DNA of 44,612 nucleotides from positions 1 through 44,612 of the IMG/VR virus record IMGVR_UViG_3300005992_000001; one strand, written 5' to 3'. The position numbers and the translations under genes are program-made. The stretch comes from a virus. Positions 1 to 8,255 of this stretch are shown in pieces (within the stretch, counting starts at the first letter, position 1; every line of letters begins with the position of its first letter). The notes under the pieces were generated by a model. The model saw only the letters and a list, made by a program, of their open reading frames with translations. It ran no database searches and was not told where the DNA came from.

Positions 1-71
1 TGGCGGGCATGGCGGTGAGCGAAGGCGCGGTGCATGATCTCACGATGGCCGACAGCGCGAGCGCGGGCGAT
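1..71. repeat. Terminal overlap, identical to 44542..44612 (circular assembly signature)
   Basis: Direct comparison: the first 71 nt (tggcgggcatggcggtgagc...gcgcgggcgat) are repeated exactly as the last 71 nt. Confidence 0.95.
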
Positions 72-464
72 GTGGTCGCGGTGGCGCTGGCACAGACGCA
101 TGCGCTTAGCATTGATGATGCAGTCGCCGTCGCCTCGATGGCGAGTGTGACGGTGAGCGAAGGCGCGGTGCATAACCTCACCGTGGGTGACATCGCCGCG
201 GTGGCTGTCGTCGAGTCCGTGGCGATCAGTCAAAGTCATGCGCTTGTGTGCGCTGATCTCATGGCGCAAGCCTCGCTCGATGCGATTGCCGTAGCGCAAA
301 CCCATAACCTCACCGCATTGCCTGCCTATTCCGACTCCGCCATGCCCAGCATTGACTCCTTCGCCGCGCGCCTGGGAAATATTACGCGCACCGAATTAAT
401 TTCCATCACGCCCAAAAGGCAATTATCAACCACTACCCCCGCGCGCACCGTGCGGTCACTGTAA
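1..464 (+). CDS. 3' part of the wrap-around LamG-domain fibre-like protein (5' part is 43650..44612); C-terminal HxL tandem repeats
   Basis: The frame of track ORF 9..464 is continuous with the open frame leaving the window end; TAA at 462-464; combined length about 451 aa. Confidence 0.8.
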   Translation, partial: AGMAVSEGAVHDLTMADSASAGDVVAVALAQTHALSIDDAVAVASMASVTVSEGAVHNLTVGDIAAVAVVESVAISQSHALVCADLMAQASLDAIAVAQTHNLTALPAYSDSAMPSIDSFAARLGNITRTELISITPKRQLSTTTPARTVRSL

Positions 465-474
465 GGAGGGCGTT

Positions 475-1110
475 ATGTCCGGTAAAACGTATCACGATGA
501 TTTAATGGATAAGGGGCTGGAGCAAGTCAGCAATTCGGCGAATTGGCTGGGTGGCGTGCTTAAGATGACGGTGTGTGCTGGCAAGCCCGCCACCGTCACT
601 GAGGCCTCTACGCTCTTCCCCACGGGTAAGCGCGTGAGTGATGAAATTAGCATCACGGCCGGCAATGTGAGCTTAGGCGCGCGCGCTGGCGGCGGGCGCG
701 AGGTGACGCTGGTGGCGAAGTCCGGCACGGTCGGCGTCAATGTGCCCGCGCTGGACAGCGGCACGGCTACGGCCGGTAGCGCAACCACGTTAACCGACAC
801 AGGCAAGGCGTGGAGCACCAATGCCTTTGCCGGGAAAGTGGCGCGTATTACGGGCGGCACGGGCGCGGGGCAAGTGGGGTATATCGCCTCGAATACGGCA
901 ACCGTTCTCACCTTCAGCAATACGCTCGGCACGGCGCTGAATGCGACCTCAATCTATGAGGTGAGAGAGGACCTGCACATAGCCATTTATGATGGCAGCG
1001 GCTCGCCGCGCTTGCTCGTCGTTAACGAAGAAACGGGCGATCAGGTGCTCACGTCTGGCAACCCGGTGAATATACCCGAGCAAAAATTCGGCTTTGCGCC
1101 CCCGGCATAA
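475..1110 (+). CDS. Hypothetical virion/fibre-associated protein (Gly/Thr/Ala-rich)
   Basis: 211-aa ORF, GGAGGG RBS at 465-470, directly downstream of the fibre-like gene; no family recognised. Confidence 0.6.
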   Translation: MSGKTYHDDLMDKGLEQVSNSANWLGGVLKMTVCAGKPATVTEASTLFPTGKRVSDEISITAGNVSLGARAGGGREVTLVAKSGTVGVNVPALDSGTATAGSATTLTDTGKAWSTNAFAGKVARITGGTGAGQVGYIASNTATVLTFSNTLGTALNATSIYEVREDLHIAIYDGSGSPRLLVVNEETGDQVLTSGNPVNIPEQKFGFAPPA

Positions 1111-1125
1111 TTTAATGGCGATGAC

Positions 1126-1168
1126 AAAACAAGGCGGCATCTGGCGCACGCGCCGCCTTGTTTTTATT
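1126..1168 (+). terminator. Intrinsic terminator
   Basis: 10-bp GC-rich stem ACAAGGCGGC (1129-1138) / GCCGCCTTGT (1152-1161) followed by a T-run at 1161-1165; an A-run upstream makes it potentially bidirectional. Confidence 0.7.
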
Positions 1169-1185
1169 ATGTGGGAGAGAACGGC

Positions 1186-1533
1186 ATGAGTGGAGCAATC
1201 CCCGCGATTGAGCGCGCCTATCCGGCGCGCGACAATGAAATAATTTTACAGGTGTTGGCGGATGGGCTGGCCATCGACGGGGGCGCCGTGACGCGCACCC
1301 AGCTTGCGCTTACCCCCGACACGGGCGCTGATGGATTTATCATCGACAGTGATGTGGATGCGGGCGTTTTTGATTGGTCGCGCGGCGGGGGGGTGCTTGA
1401 GATTTTGCTGATTAATGTAGCTGGCGGCGTGTCGGCCGGGCGCTATACGGCGCGCCTGGTTGTTTACGATGCCGATCACACAAATGGCTTGGTGTGGGGT
1501 CGCGCTTTCACGATCATTAACGAGGCGGTGTGA
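1186..1533 (+). CDS. Hypothetical protein
   Basis: Track ORF 1171..1533 starts at GTG; ATG 1186 is preceded by GGGAGAG (1173-1179); no family recognised. Confidence 0.55.
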   Translation: MSGAIPAIERAYPARDNEIILQVLADGLAIDGGAVTRTQLALTPDTGADGFIIDSDVDAGVFDWSRGGGVLEILLINVAGGVSAGRYTARLVVYDADHTNGLVWGRAFTIINEAV

Positions 1534-1742
1534 TGGTCGGTCGCGAAACGATGGCGCGATATAGATCATGTCAGACGTGCCAGCACCGCATACACGCCAA
1601 GCCTGATGCGTGCGCCTTGACTGAGTTGCTTGGCGTGCTGCGCTCATGCCGCGACGAACGCCACGCCATCGGCGGGCGGTGTGGGCCGAACGGAGAAAAC
1701 TGGAACAAAGATGAAGATGAGCAGGAGGTGGCGCATGCCTAG
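1533..1742 (+). CDS. Small Cys-rich hypothetical protein
   Basis: ATG overlaps the upstream TGA (TGATG) and its end overlaps the M15 start by 8 nt; coupling is the only support. Confidence 0.35.
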   Translation: MVGRETMARYRSCQTCQHRIHAKPDACALTELLGVLRSCRDERHAIGGRCGPNGENWNKDEDEQEVAHA

Positions 1743-2154
1743 CCGCAGCATCGAGCAGTTGCACCCCGACATCCGGCCGCTCTGCTATCGGTTTTTGGCG
1801 ACATGCAAAGAGCGCGGGTTCGATGTGCTTGTCACGTGTACTTATCGTGACACCGCCGAACAGGATGCACTGTATACGATAGGTCGCACCCTGCCAGGCC
1901 GCCGTGTGACTAATGCGCGCGGCGGGCAAAGTTTGCACAACATCACTGTGGGCGGCGTCCCCGCGTCGCGGGCGTTTGACGTAGTGCCCTTGCGGTTGGG
2001 TAAGCCGGTGTGGGGCACTACGGGTGTGGACCTTGCTTTGTGGCAGCGTATCGGTGAAATCGGGCAGGCCTGCGGCTTGGAATGGGCAGGGGCATGGACC
2101 CGTTTCCGCGAATTTCCGCATTTTCAATTGCGCGAAAAGTTGCGCCAGGCATGA
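1735..2154 (+). CDS. Peptidase M15 (VanY/L-Ala-D-Glu peptidase-like) cell-wall hydrolase, candidate endolysin
   Basis: AGGAGG RBS before ATG 1735; motifs SLHNITVGG..ASRAFDVVP and EFPHFQL match the H..D..H zinc site of phage M15 peptidases. Confidence 0.8.
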   Translation: MPSRSIEQLHPDIRPLCYRFLATCKERGFDVLVTCTYRDTAEQDALYTIGRTLPGRRVTNARGGQSLHNITVGGVPASRAFDVVPLRLGKPVWGTTGVDLALWQRIGEIGQACGLEWAGAWTRFREFPHFQLREKLRQA

Positions 2155-2522
2155 GCAAATTTCACATGCCGCTCGCGATGGAGGCGGCCAGCGAGGCCGA
2201 CGACGGACAATGGGTGCTCACTCGGCCGCTAATTTATCAGTCAGACGTGGCTTGTGATTTTTTTGTCGTGCCCCGTGGATTTCGTACCGATCTGGCGAGC
2301 GTTCCCCGCGCCCCGTTTATATACTGGCTGACCGGCGGCACCGCCGTTGCCCCCGCCGTGCTGCACGATTACCTTTATTCAACCCGGCTTGTGTCCCGCG
2401 TGATGGCCGACGCCGTACTGCGCGAAGCCTCGGCCATCGTCGGCGTTCCTGCCTGGCGCCGCGGCATCATGTGGGCCGCCGTGCGGCTGCTTGGTTGGCG
2501 GTATTGGCGTGAGGGGGCGTAA
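2151..2522 (+). CDS. DUF1353-like protein
   Basis: ATGA overlap with the M15 stop; motifs FVVPRGFRTDLASVP and LHDYLY are typical of DUF1353. Confidence 0.65.
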   Translation: MSKFHMPLAMEAASEADDGQWVLTRPLIYQSDVACDFFVVPRGFRTDLASVPRAPFIYWLTGGTAVAPAVLHDYLYSTRLVSRVMADAVLREASAIVGVPAWRRGIMWAAVRLLGWRYWREGA

Positions 2523-2814
2523 GCTTGCATCGTGCCAACTCCGCGCGCTCGATCTCACTCACCGCCCGCCACGCGTCAGAATCAAGTGGCAGGCACACCG
2601 ACAACACCGCCCACCCCTCCGGGCAGCCCATGGTCGCTTTGTGCGCCCGCTCGACGACTTCAACCGCCACGCCCGCGGCGGCGCGGGAGATTCCCACCGC
2701 GCGCCCGGCTTGGGCTTTTGTCATGCCGTCGACCAGCACCAGCCGGGCAGCGTCGAGACTGCGGGCCTTTAGTCGGGTTTGAGCGGCGGTGGCGGTGAAT
2801 TGATCGAGCGTCAC
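2467..2814 (-). CDS. TrfB/KorA-like HTH transcriptional regulator
   Basis: GTG start abutting the upstream TAG; segment SLDAARLVLVDGMTKAQAGRAVGISRAAAGVAV resembles the TrfB-type HTH. Confidence 0.55.
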   Translation of the reverse strand: MTLDQFTATAAQTRLKARSLDAARLVLVDGMTKAQAGRAVGISRAAAGVAVEVVERAHKATMGCPEGWAVLSVCLPLDSDAWRAVSEIERAELARCKLTPPHANTANQAAARRPT

Positions 2815-3063
2815 CTAATCCGGCTCTTTTATTGTCATTGTCAATCCAGCCGCGTACCCTCGGCCCATTGATGCGCGGCGGGGGTCTGTAGAATCGGCGG
2901 CAGCCAGCCACATGTCGTGCTCCGTCTCTGTGCCGAATTTCTCGCCGTGATGCGCGCGGCGCAGACCGCGCACATACCCGGCCCACCAATCGCTGACAGC
3001 GGGGTCTAATTCAGCCCGGCGTAGCGTATCGGCACGACGCATCAGGCTGGCGAATGCGCTCAT
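2815..3063 (-). CDS. Hypothetical protein (82 aa)
   Basis: Internal ATG at 3063 overlaps the upstream stop (ATGA); the longer track ORF 2815..3303 overlaps the neighbouring gene and is Arg-rich. Confidence 0.5.
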   Translation of the reverse strand: MSAFASLMRRADTLRRAELDPAVSDWWAGYVRGLRRAHHGEKFGTETEHDMWLAAADSTDPRRASMGRGYAAGLTMTIKEPD

Positions 3064-3569
3064 TGCGCCACCTCCAATACAGCGTCTCCGATCTGTACGC
3101 GCACCACACCAGCGGCAATCATGCCCGTGGCGACGGAATTCCAATATTTCTCGTCTGACCAGTCGGGCCGCGTCACGGGGAACAGCCAGTCGTCTATCCT
3201 GGCGGGCTGGTCTAGCAGCTCGCCGTAGCATTTGATAAAACCGTCGGCGTCCGCCGGGCTGTCGCGACGCAGCATATCTGCGCTGGTCAGACCGATGAAG
3301 CATTTCACCCGATTTGCTATTGCAAACGCGGGCATATTACCGGCTACGCATTTGGGCGCATGTGTAAAAAGCCACGCGGCCAGCGGCGAGAGCTGCGCCA
3401 CGTCTGGTGCGGATTTTCGCAAATACCGAGTGGCGCTCACGCCGTTCGGCGCGATTCCTCCGGCGACGTTCCACGGCGCGCCGTTGCTGTATTTCTGGAC
3501 GCCGTAGGCGCGTGGGTCGTTTTTTGTCGCGGGAATGATTATTTCGGTGTTCATCGTTGCATGCTCCAT
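3060..3569 (-). CDS. Hypothetical protein (probable start 3554)
   Basis: 169-aa ORF; GGAG lies about 10 nt upstream of the ATG at 3554 (MNTEIII...). Confidence 0.55.
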   Translation of the reverse strand: MEHATMNTEIIIPATKNDPRAYGVQKYSNGAPWNVAGGIAPNGVSATRYLRKSAPDVAQLSPLAAWLFTHAPKCVAGNMPAFAIANRVKCFIGLTSADMLRRDSPADADGFIKCYGELLDQPARIDDWLFPVTRPDWSDEKYWNSVATGMIAAGVVRVQIGDAVLEVAQ

Positions 3570-3599
3570 GTAAATATCCGGCCCAATTGCCGTGATTAA

Positions 3600-3848
3600 T
3601 TAGTTGCAGTCATCGCACGTGGGCGGGCAGGTGCTGAACGGATACGCGCCGCCATAGCCGGTTGTCCCGCAACTCGGGCAACGATAGAACGCGCGACCGT
3701 TTTTGCTCGGCGGGTTTGCGAATTGTTTGAGCGGTTCCGGCAATGCGTCGCCAGCAAAAAACCATTGTTTGCAAGCTGCATCCCAACGCGCGCCGTGTTG
3801 TTTGGCGATTTCTTTCTTGGAGTAGGGGCAGTTTAGATAGATATTCAT
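3600..3848 (-). CDS. DUF5710-like N-terminal domain plus C-terminal zinc ribbon
   Basis: The N-terminus YLNCPYSKKEIAKQHGARWDAACKQWFF matches the DUF5710 pattern; CPSCG...CPPTCDDC is a Cys cluster. Confidence 0.55.
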   Translation of the reverse strand: MNIYLNCPYSKKEIAKQHGARWDAACKQWFFAGDALPEPLKQFANPPSKNGRAFYRCPSCGTTGYGGAYPFSTCPPTCDDCN

Positions 3849-4082
3849 TTTATGAGCCTCACCAGGCTACCGGCTGGTGTCGGGGTAGCTGATTAGCTAC
3901 CGTGGGGATATTAAAACACGGGCCGCGCGCAGTGTCAATGATTTTAGTAAATACTTTAGGGTAAAGCATCCACCTAAATATCTCGAAAAAAATACAGGGT
4001 TTTCCCTATCAATTATTAAGCGATGCGGCGCACTGGTGGACAGGGGCGGCCCATGTGGGTAGACTCTCGCGCCGTGGCAGGG

Positions 4083-5660
4083 CTATGCCACTCGGTAGCG
4101 GCGGCGCTTCTTAATAACAAAGCGCGCCCCCGCTACCACATTTAGCAGCATCCCGCCCCCGTATTCCGGCAGCTCTGCCCACACGTCGCCCGCTTGGTCT
4201 TTAATTACCGTTATTTCCCCCAGCAGCTCGCGCAGCGCGTCGCGTGCGGTGTCGGGCGTGCGTGCGATCATGTCAGGCAGACGATCGAGCGCGGCCTGGT
4301 ATCTTTCCATCAACCTGGGCACGATCTCGGCCGTGGGGGCGTCTGGCGCGGTCGTTTTTTCGGCGATGAGGGCGGCGCGCTCGGTTTCGGCCTGGTTTAG
4401 ACGTTCGATGAGGGCGGGCGACCAGCCTGCGCTGGCGATGGCGTCGACGAGGCGCGGAATTTGTTTTTCGAGATCGGCCAGGCGGCGGTGGGCGTGGGTG
4501 GCGCGTTGTCCGTGGGTGGCGTTGTGTTCGCGGGTCAAGCGGGCGATTTCGGCGCGCAGGGTGGCGACGGCGGCCGGGCTGGTGAGGTGTTCGCGGGCGA
4601 TGTCGAGCAGGCGCGACTCGAGCAAGGGCCGGGGGATGCGCAGGCCGGGGCAGACTGTCGCGCCGCGGTCTTTGTGTCGACCGCAGCCGTAGCAGCGGGC
4701 ATCGGCGACGATGAGCGGGCCGCCGCAGTGGCCGCAGCGTAGCAGGCCGGACCACGGCGAGCGGGCCGGGCGGCCTTTGCCGCGCGCGCGCGGGCCGCGC
4801 AGGCGGGCGCGGACGGCGGCCGCTAAGTCGTCGTCGATGATTTTCAGTTCGGGCAGGGTTTGCCGCTGCCATTCCGATTCCGGGCGCTCGATGCGGGCGC
4901 GGATGCCGGTGTCGGGGTTTTTGACCCAGCGGGATTTGTTCCACACGTAGTCTCCGCGATAGATCGGATTGCGGAGGATCCCGCTTTGCTGGCCGGCGTG
5001 GCCGGTGATGGCGGACAGTGCCCAGGTGCTGCCGCGCGGTGAGGGGACGCGGCGGAAGTTGAGGGCGTGGGCGATGGCGCGCGGGGATTCGCCCGCGGCG
5101 AATCGCTGATATATTTCGAGCACCACCGGCGCGTGCTCGGGGTGAGGCGCCAGGCGGTGGCCGCCGTCGGCGGCGGCGCTCAGATAGCCGTAGGGCAGGC
5201 CGCCAGCGCGAAGGCCGCGCGCGACTTGCCCGGCTAGGCCGCGGTGGGTTTTTTTGCCGATGATGCGCAGTTGCTCCTCGTTCAGCACGCCCATGATGCC
5301 GCGGTGCACTTCACGGCCTTCGCGCTGGCCGTCATAGCCGTCCTGCATCCCGATGATGCGCACGCCGTGGCGCTCGATTTCGCGCACGGTGCGCTCTTGG
5401 TCGACGATGTCGCGCCAGCAGCGGTCTAGCGCCTCGATGATTAATATATCTATCAGGCCGGCGCGGATGTCGGCCATGAGGCGGGCGCCGCCGTCACGTA
5501 ACAGCGTGGGCGTGCCGGCGCTGGTGGCGGCGTCGGTGTAGCAGCGCGGCGCGGGCCAGCCTTCGCGCTCGCAGCGCGCGGCGCCGGCGCGCAGTTGGTC
5601 CTCAATGGAGGTTTCGCGCTGGTTGTCGCTGGAATAGCGGGCGTAGATAGCGGGGGTCAT
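4083..5660 (-). CDS. Large serine recombinase (integrase)
   Basis: Resolvase N-domain IYARYSSDNQ (catalytic Ser), recombinase domain, Zn-ribbon LLRCGHCGG...CYGCG and a coiled-coil tail; ATG 5660 chosen over the track start 5729. Confidence 0.93.
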   Translation of the reverse strand: MTPAIYARYSSDNQRETSIEDQLRAGAARCEREGWPAPRCYTDAATSAGTPTLLRDGGARLMADIRAGLIDILIIEALDRCWRDIVDQERTVREIERHGVRIIGMQDGYDGQREGREVHRGIMGVLNEEQLRIIGKKTHRGLAGQVARGLRAGGLPYGYLSAAADGGHRLAPHPEHAPVVLEIYQRFAAGESPRAIAHALNFRRVPSPRGSTWALSAITGHAGQQSGILRNPIYRGDYVWNKSRWVKNPDTGIRARIERPESEWQRQTLPELKIIDDDLAAAVRARLRGPRARGKGRPARSPWSGLLRCGHCGGPLIVADARCYGCGRHKDRGATVCPGLRIPRPLLESRLLDIAREHLTSPAAVATLRAEIARLTREHNATHGQRATHAHRRLADLEKQIPRLVDAIASAGWSPALIERLNQAETERAALIAEKTTAPDAPTAEIVPRLMERYQAALDRLPDMIARTPDTARDALRELLGEITVIKDQAGDVWAELPEYGGGMLLNVVAGARFVIKKRRRYRVA

Positions 5661-5805
5661 GTTTCTCGCTCCGTATGCCTTCATTTTATTTGGCGCCGCG
5701 TTTGCCGGTGCCACACATATATAGAACAAGAACTTGAGATTGGCAAGCCGGGTTATGCGGCGTAGCGTCCCGAGTTATGCGGCGGAATTGCCGGATAATT
5801 TAGAG

Positions 5806-6147
5806 TTAGGCATCCTTACGTTCTTTAGCATTGTCAAACACCTGCAAGAACTTGTTGCCGTCTGTATGGGTGTCAACGCACACCATCGTAAAGTCGTCCG
5901 CCCGGTAAATCCACTTTGGCAAAAAACGCTGGGTATAAATTTCGCTCTCGTAATATTGCCCGTTTTCGTCCTTTAGTTCTTGCTCTGTATCAGCAAAGCA
6001 AACAGTCCCTCCACCGCTTCCGTCTTCTCGAATGCGCCAAAAGTATTTGTGACCATCATCAAGAGGTATAGCAACCCAATCTTCTGTATAGCCGAAATGC
6101 TCGTGTACTTTCTTCTGTAATTCAAAATATTCAGTTAGTAGTTGCAT
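5806..6147 (-). CDS. Hypothetical protein (low-GC accessory island)
   Basis: 113-aa ORF with GGAGAAA RBS; no family recognised. Confidence 0.6.
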   Translation of the reverse strand: MQLLTEYFELQKKVHEHFGYTEDWVAIPLDDGHKYFWRIREDGSGGGTVCFADTEQELKDENGQYYESEIYTQRFLPKWIYRADDFTMVCVDTHTDGNKFLQVFDNAKERKDA

Positions 6148-6215
6148 TTAATTTCTCCTTAAAGGTGCCTAACAAGGCAAATTAACAGCGACCCATTCCG
6201 CGCCGCTTCGCTCTG

Positions 6216-6470
6216 CTACATGGTCGCGTTATTTGCAACGTTAGAGCGCTCTACGTTGCGCCTTACAGCGACCATCACGTCAGCAACGAGAGACATCACC
6301 TTCGCTCGAAAGATTGGGTCATTCCTGTACCGATCCGCCCCGGAGTTCATCGCGGCCAGGGCATCGTCGAAGCTGTAGTCGGTCCCAACAAGTTTTGGCA
6401 TCTCGTCAAAGTAATTTAGGCGGGCAACCACAAGGTCTGCTATGTCGTCGCTTAGTCTTTTGTAATCCAT
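6216..6470 (-). CDS. Hypothetical protein
   Basis: 84-aa ORF with AGGAGAG RBS upstream of ATG 6470. Confidence 0.55.
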   Translation of the reverse strand: MDYKRLSDDIADLVVARLNYFDEMPKLVGTDYSFDDALAAMNSGADRYRNDPIFRAKVMSLVADVMVAVRRNVERSNVANNATM

Positions 6471-6484
6471 GTTCTCTCCTGTTG

Positions 6485-6524
6485 TAAGGTGAATGGGGTA
6501 AGGTGAATGGGGTCAGACCCCATT
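6485..6524 (-). repeat. 14-nt tandem duplication (TAAGGTGAATGGGG x2) overlapping a 7-bp hairpin
   Basis: Repeat units at 6485-6498 and 6499-6512; stem AATGGGG (6506-6512) / CCCCATT (6518-6524); intergenic between two minus-strand genes. Confidence 0.8.
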
Positions 6525-6540
6525 TATCCTGCGTTGGGCG

Positions 6541-6828
6541 TCAATTTGCCCATAAAGAAGCCGCCAATGACTTCATGTCGTTCTTCATGGCGTCCAGCGC
6601 CTCGTCTTCGGTTGCTCCCTTCCCCGAGGCGTAGTTATCATGGAACAAGTCGTGAAACGGATCGCTATTGCAGGCTTTGAAACCGGCTTCGTCCATGTTC
6701 GTAGCACCCATAAACGCAACGCCACAACGGGCCTCAAAGCGCCCATCTGGGAGCGCCTTAATATGCACGTCAGTCGTACCGGCAACGCCGATGTGTTCAC
6801 ACTTGTGCAAAGTAATTGTCTCTGGCAT
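6541..6828 (-). CDS. Hypothetical protein, possible HicB-like/UPF0150 fold
   Basis: 95-aa ORF; the C-terminus GKGATEDEALDAMKNDMKSLAASLW resembles the HicB N-domain pattern (weak). Confidence 0.5.
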   Translation of the reverse strand: MPETITLHKCEHIGVAGTTDVHIKALPDGRFEARCGVAFMGATNMDEAGFKACNSDPFHDLFHDNYASGKGATEDEALDAMKNDMKSLAASLWAN

Positions 6829-6843
6829 CTGTTCCTCCGTTTA

Positions 6844-7671
6844 TCATTTAGCCGCCAATTCGTGCGTGCGGTCCACACTAAAACCTGCCGCATTCCGATG
6901 CCCGCCACCGCCGTAGATTTTGGCCACTTCTGACACGTCGAGGCCCTCATCATTGCTACGCAGGCTGAAAGTTCTTCCCTCGGATGTGTCCCAATAGCAC
7001 GCGGCGAATGGCTCATCTAGCGCCATGAGATGACCCGCATCGCTGCTGAGGGTGTAGGGTAGGCTGGCCACGGGCACTGAATGCCCTGCAATTACCATCC
7101 GCCGCTCTGTGACGCTTAACAGCTCAAGAATGTCCTTGTGGTGCTTGCGCTCTATCGCTGCGCCGTCTGATATTAGGCTGTGCACGTCGGCTGCCATGAG
7201 TGTGTCCCACACTTTGAAATCATATGGGTAGCTGAAAAGATTGGCTTGTATTTCGCGAGTTCCTTCAAGCGCGAATTTCCAAAGGTCGCGATCTTCGATG
7301 TGTTTTAACAGTAGCGGCATCTGCTCAAAAACGTGGCCGTTGAACCATATCCACGCCAAGACAGCGCCGGAGTGATTAACATCGGTAAGTGCCTCAATCT
7401 GCTTGGACTCGATTAATGGGGCCAGATCTTCGATGGCTGTTTTGTGATGATCTATTAGCACGACGCGCGTGGCCACTTTTAGCATTTCTTCAACCACTGC
7501 CCGCTTATAGCTAAAATCGACCATGTATACCTCGCGCCCGGTCACGTCTGGCGGGGCTGATTGATAGATGCCAGCATGGAAATCGAATTCCCTGTCGGCG
7601 AAGTTTTTGAATACCCACGCAGCCCCAAAGCCGTCCGCGCAGTTTCCGTGATAGATACAAAGCGGGTTCAT
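6844..7671 (-). CDS. DHH/DHHA1-family phosphoesterase (NrnA/RecJ-like core)
   Basis: Motifs HGNCADGFGAA, VDFS, IDHHKT (DHH), EDRDLW and GGGGHRNAAGF (DHHA1). Confidence 0.85.
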   Translation of the reverse strand: MNPLCIYHGNCADGFGAAWVFKNFADREFDFHAGIYQSAPPDVTGREVYMVDFSYKRAVVEEMLKVATRVVLIDHHKTAIEDLAPLIESKQIEALTDVNHSGAVLAWIWFNGHVFEQMPLLLKHIEDRDLWKFALEGTREIQANLFSYPYDFKVWDTLMAADVHSLISDGAAIERKHHKDILELLSVTERRMVIAGHSVPVASLPYTLSSDAGHLMALDEPFAACYWDTSEGRTFSLRSNDEGLDVSEVAKIYGGGGHRNAAGFSVDRTHELAAK

Positions 7672-7716
7672 TCTGCATTTCCTTTAATTGTTTGTCATCT
7701 CGAATTTTAGACTCCG

Positions 7717-7974
7717 TTAGTAATCTTCCCCAATACCCGCATCACACTCTGCTGCGTGCTCCACCAAGTCGTCTATGAGTGTCGTTAACCGTGACGCTGC
7801 ACTAAAATCACCACTATCCCCAAAGTCGCAAAATTGATTTACGCAGAAGTCTAAATATTTTTCTCTATCTGTAACCTTAAATGATGGGCTCTCTGATATC
7901 AGTCTCACTCCATCAACCAGTGCATCCTCGTTAATTTCTATAACTAAATTTCCGTCTTTTCTAAAAGCTCTCAT
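7717..7974 (-). CDS. Hypothetical acidic protein (85 aa)
   Basis: ATG 7974 is preceded by GGAGGCGGCA; the track ORF extends to 8016. Confidence 0.5.
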   Translation of the reverse strand: MRAFRKDGNLVIEINEDALVDGVRLISESPSFKVTDREKYLDFCVNQFCDFGDSGDFSAASRLTTLIDDLVEHAAECDAGIGEDY

Positions 7975-8110
7975 TGCCGCCTCCGCATGGTGGCGCTCGG
8001 GTAGCCATCGTCGCAACTTCTAATTCGCATTCCCTGGCAATCAACTTATGCCCGCCGCGTTTTGGTCTGCTATCGCCGCGCTTCGTCTCAATGAGCTCTT
8101 GCTTAATCAT
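7961..8110 (-). CDS. Small hypothetical protein (49 aa, below track cutoff)
   Basis: Hand translation gives MIKQELIETKRGDSRPKRGGHKLIARECELEVATMATRAPPCGGGNESF; GGAGAAAAAAC precedes the ATG; the end overlaps the next gene start. Confidence 0.3.
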   Translation of the reverse strand: MIKQELIETKRGDSRPKRGGHKLIARECELEVATMATRAPPCGGGNESF

Positions 8111-8255
8111 GTTTTTTCTCCAATTGATTTATTACGGTTCCTTTCCGCCAAATAGTCTTCAAAAATCCGCGCCGCCAGCAACCGCACCAGGGCCGACGCG
8201 TCACCCGCCGGGGTGGCGGGTGGGCGTGGTGCGGTTTGCGGGTGGGTGGCGTCTT

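Noticed and set aside
1246-2127. 293-aa minus-strand ORF
   Set aside because: It is antisense to the M15 peptidase and neighbouring plus-strand genes, which have clear motifs. Its Arg/Pro/Ala-rich composition is typical of shadow ORFs in high-GC DNA.
3884-3901. tRNA or small structured RNA in the int-proximal gap
   Set aside because: Only simple hairpins are present, with no cloverleaf arrangement or conserved tRNA boxes.
4273-4944. 223-aa minus-strand ORF and several plus-strand ORFs within 4194-5541
   Set aside because: They are out of frame or antisense relative to the serine recombinase, and extremely Arg/Pro-rich.
6485-6512. CRISPR-like repeat
   Set aside because: There are only two contiguous 14-nt copies with no spacers. 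No CRISPR array is present anywhere in the window.
8202-8222. Hairpin CACCCGCC-GGGGT-GGCGGGTG as a terminator of the membrane-protein gene
   Set aside because: The 8-bp stem is real, but there is no U-tract on the transcribed (minus) strand, so its function is undetermined.
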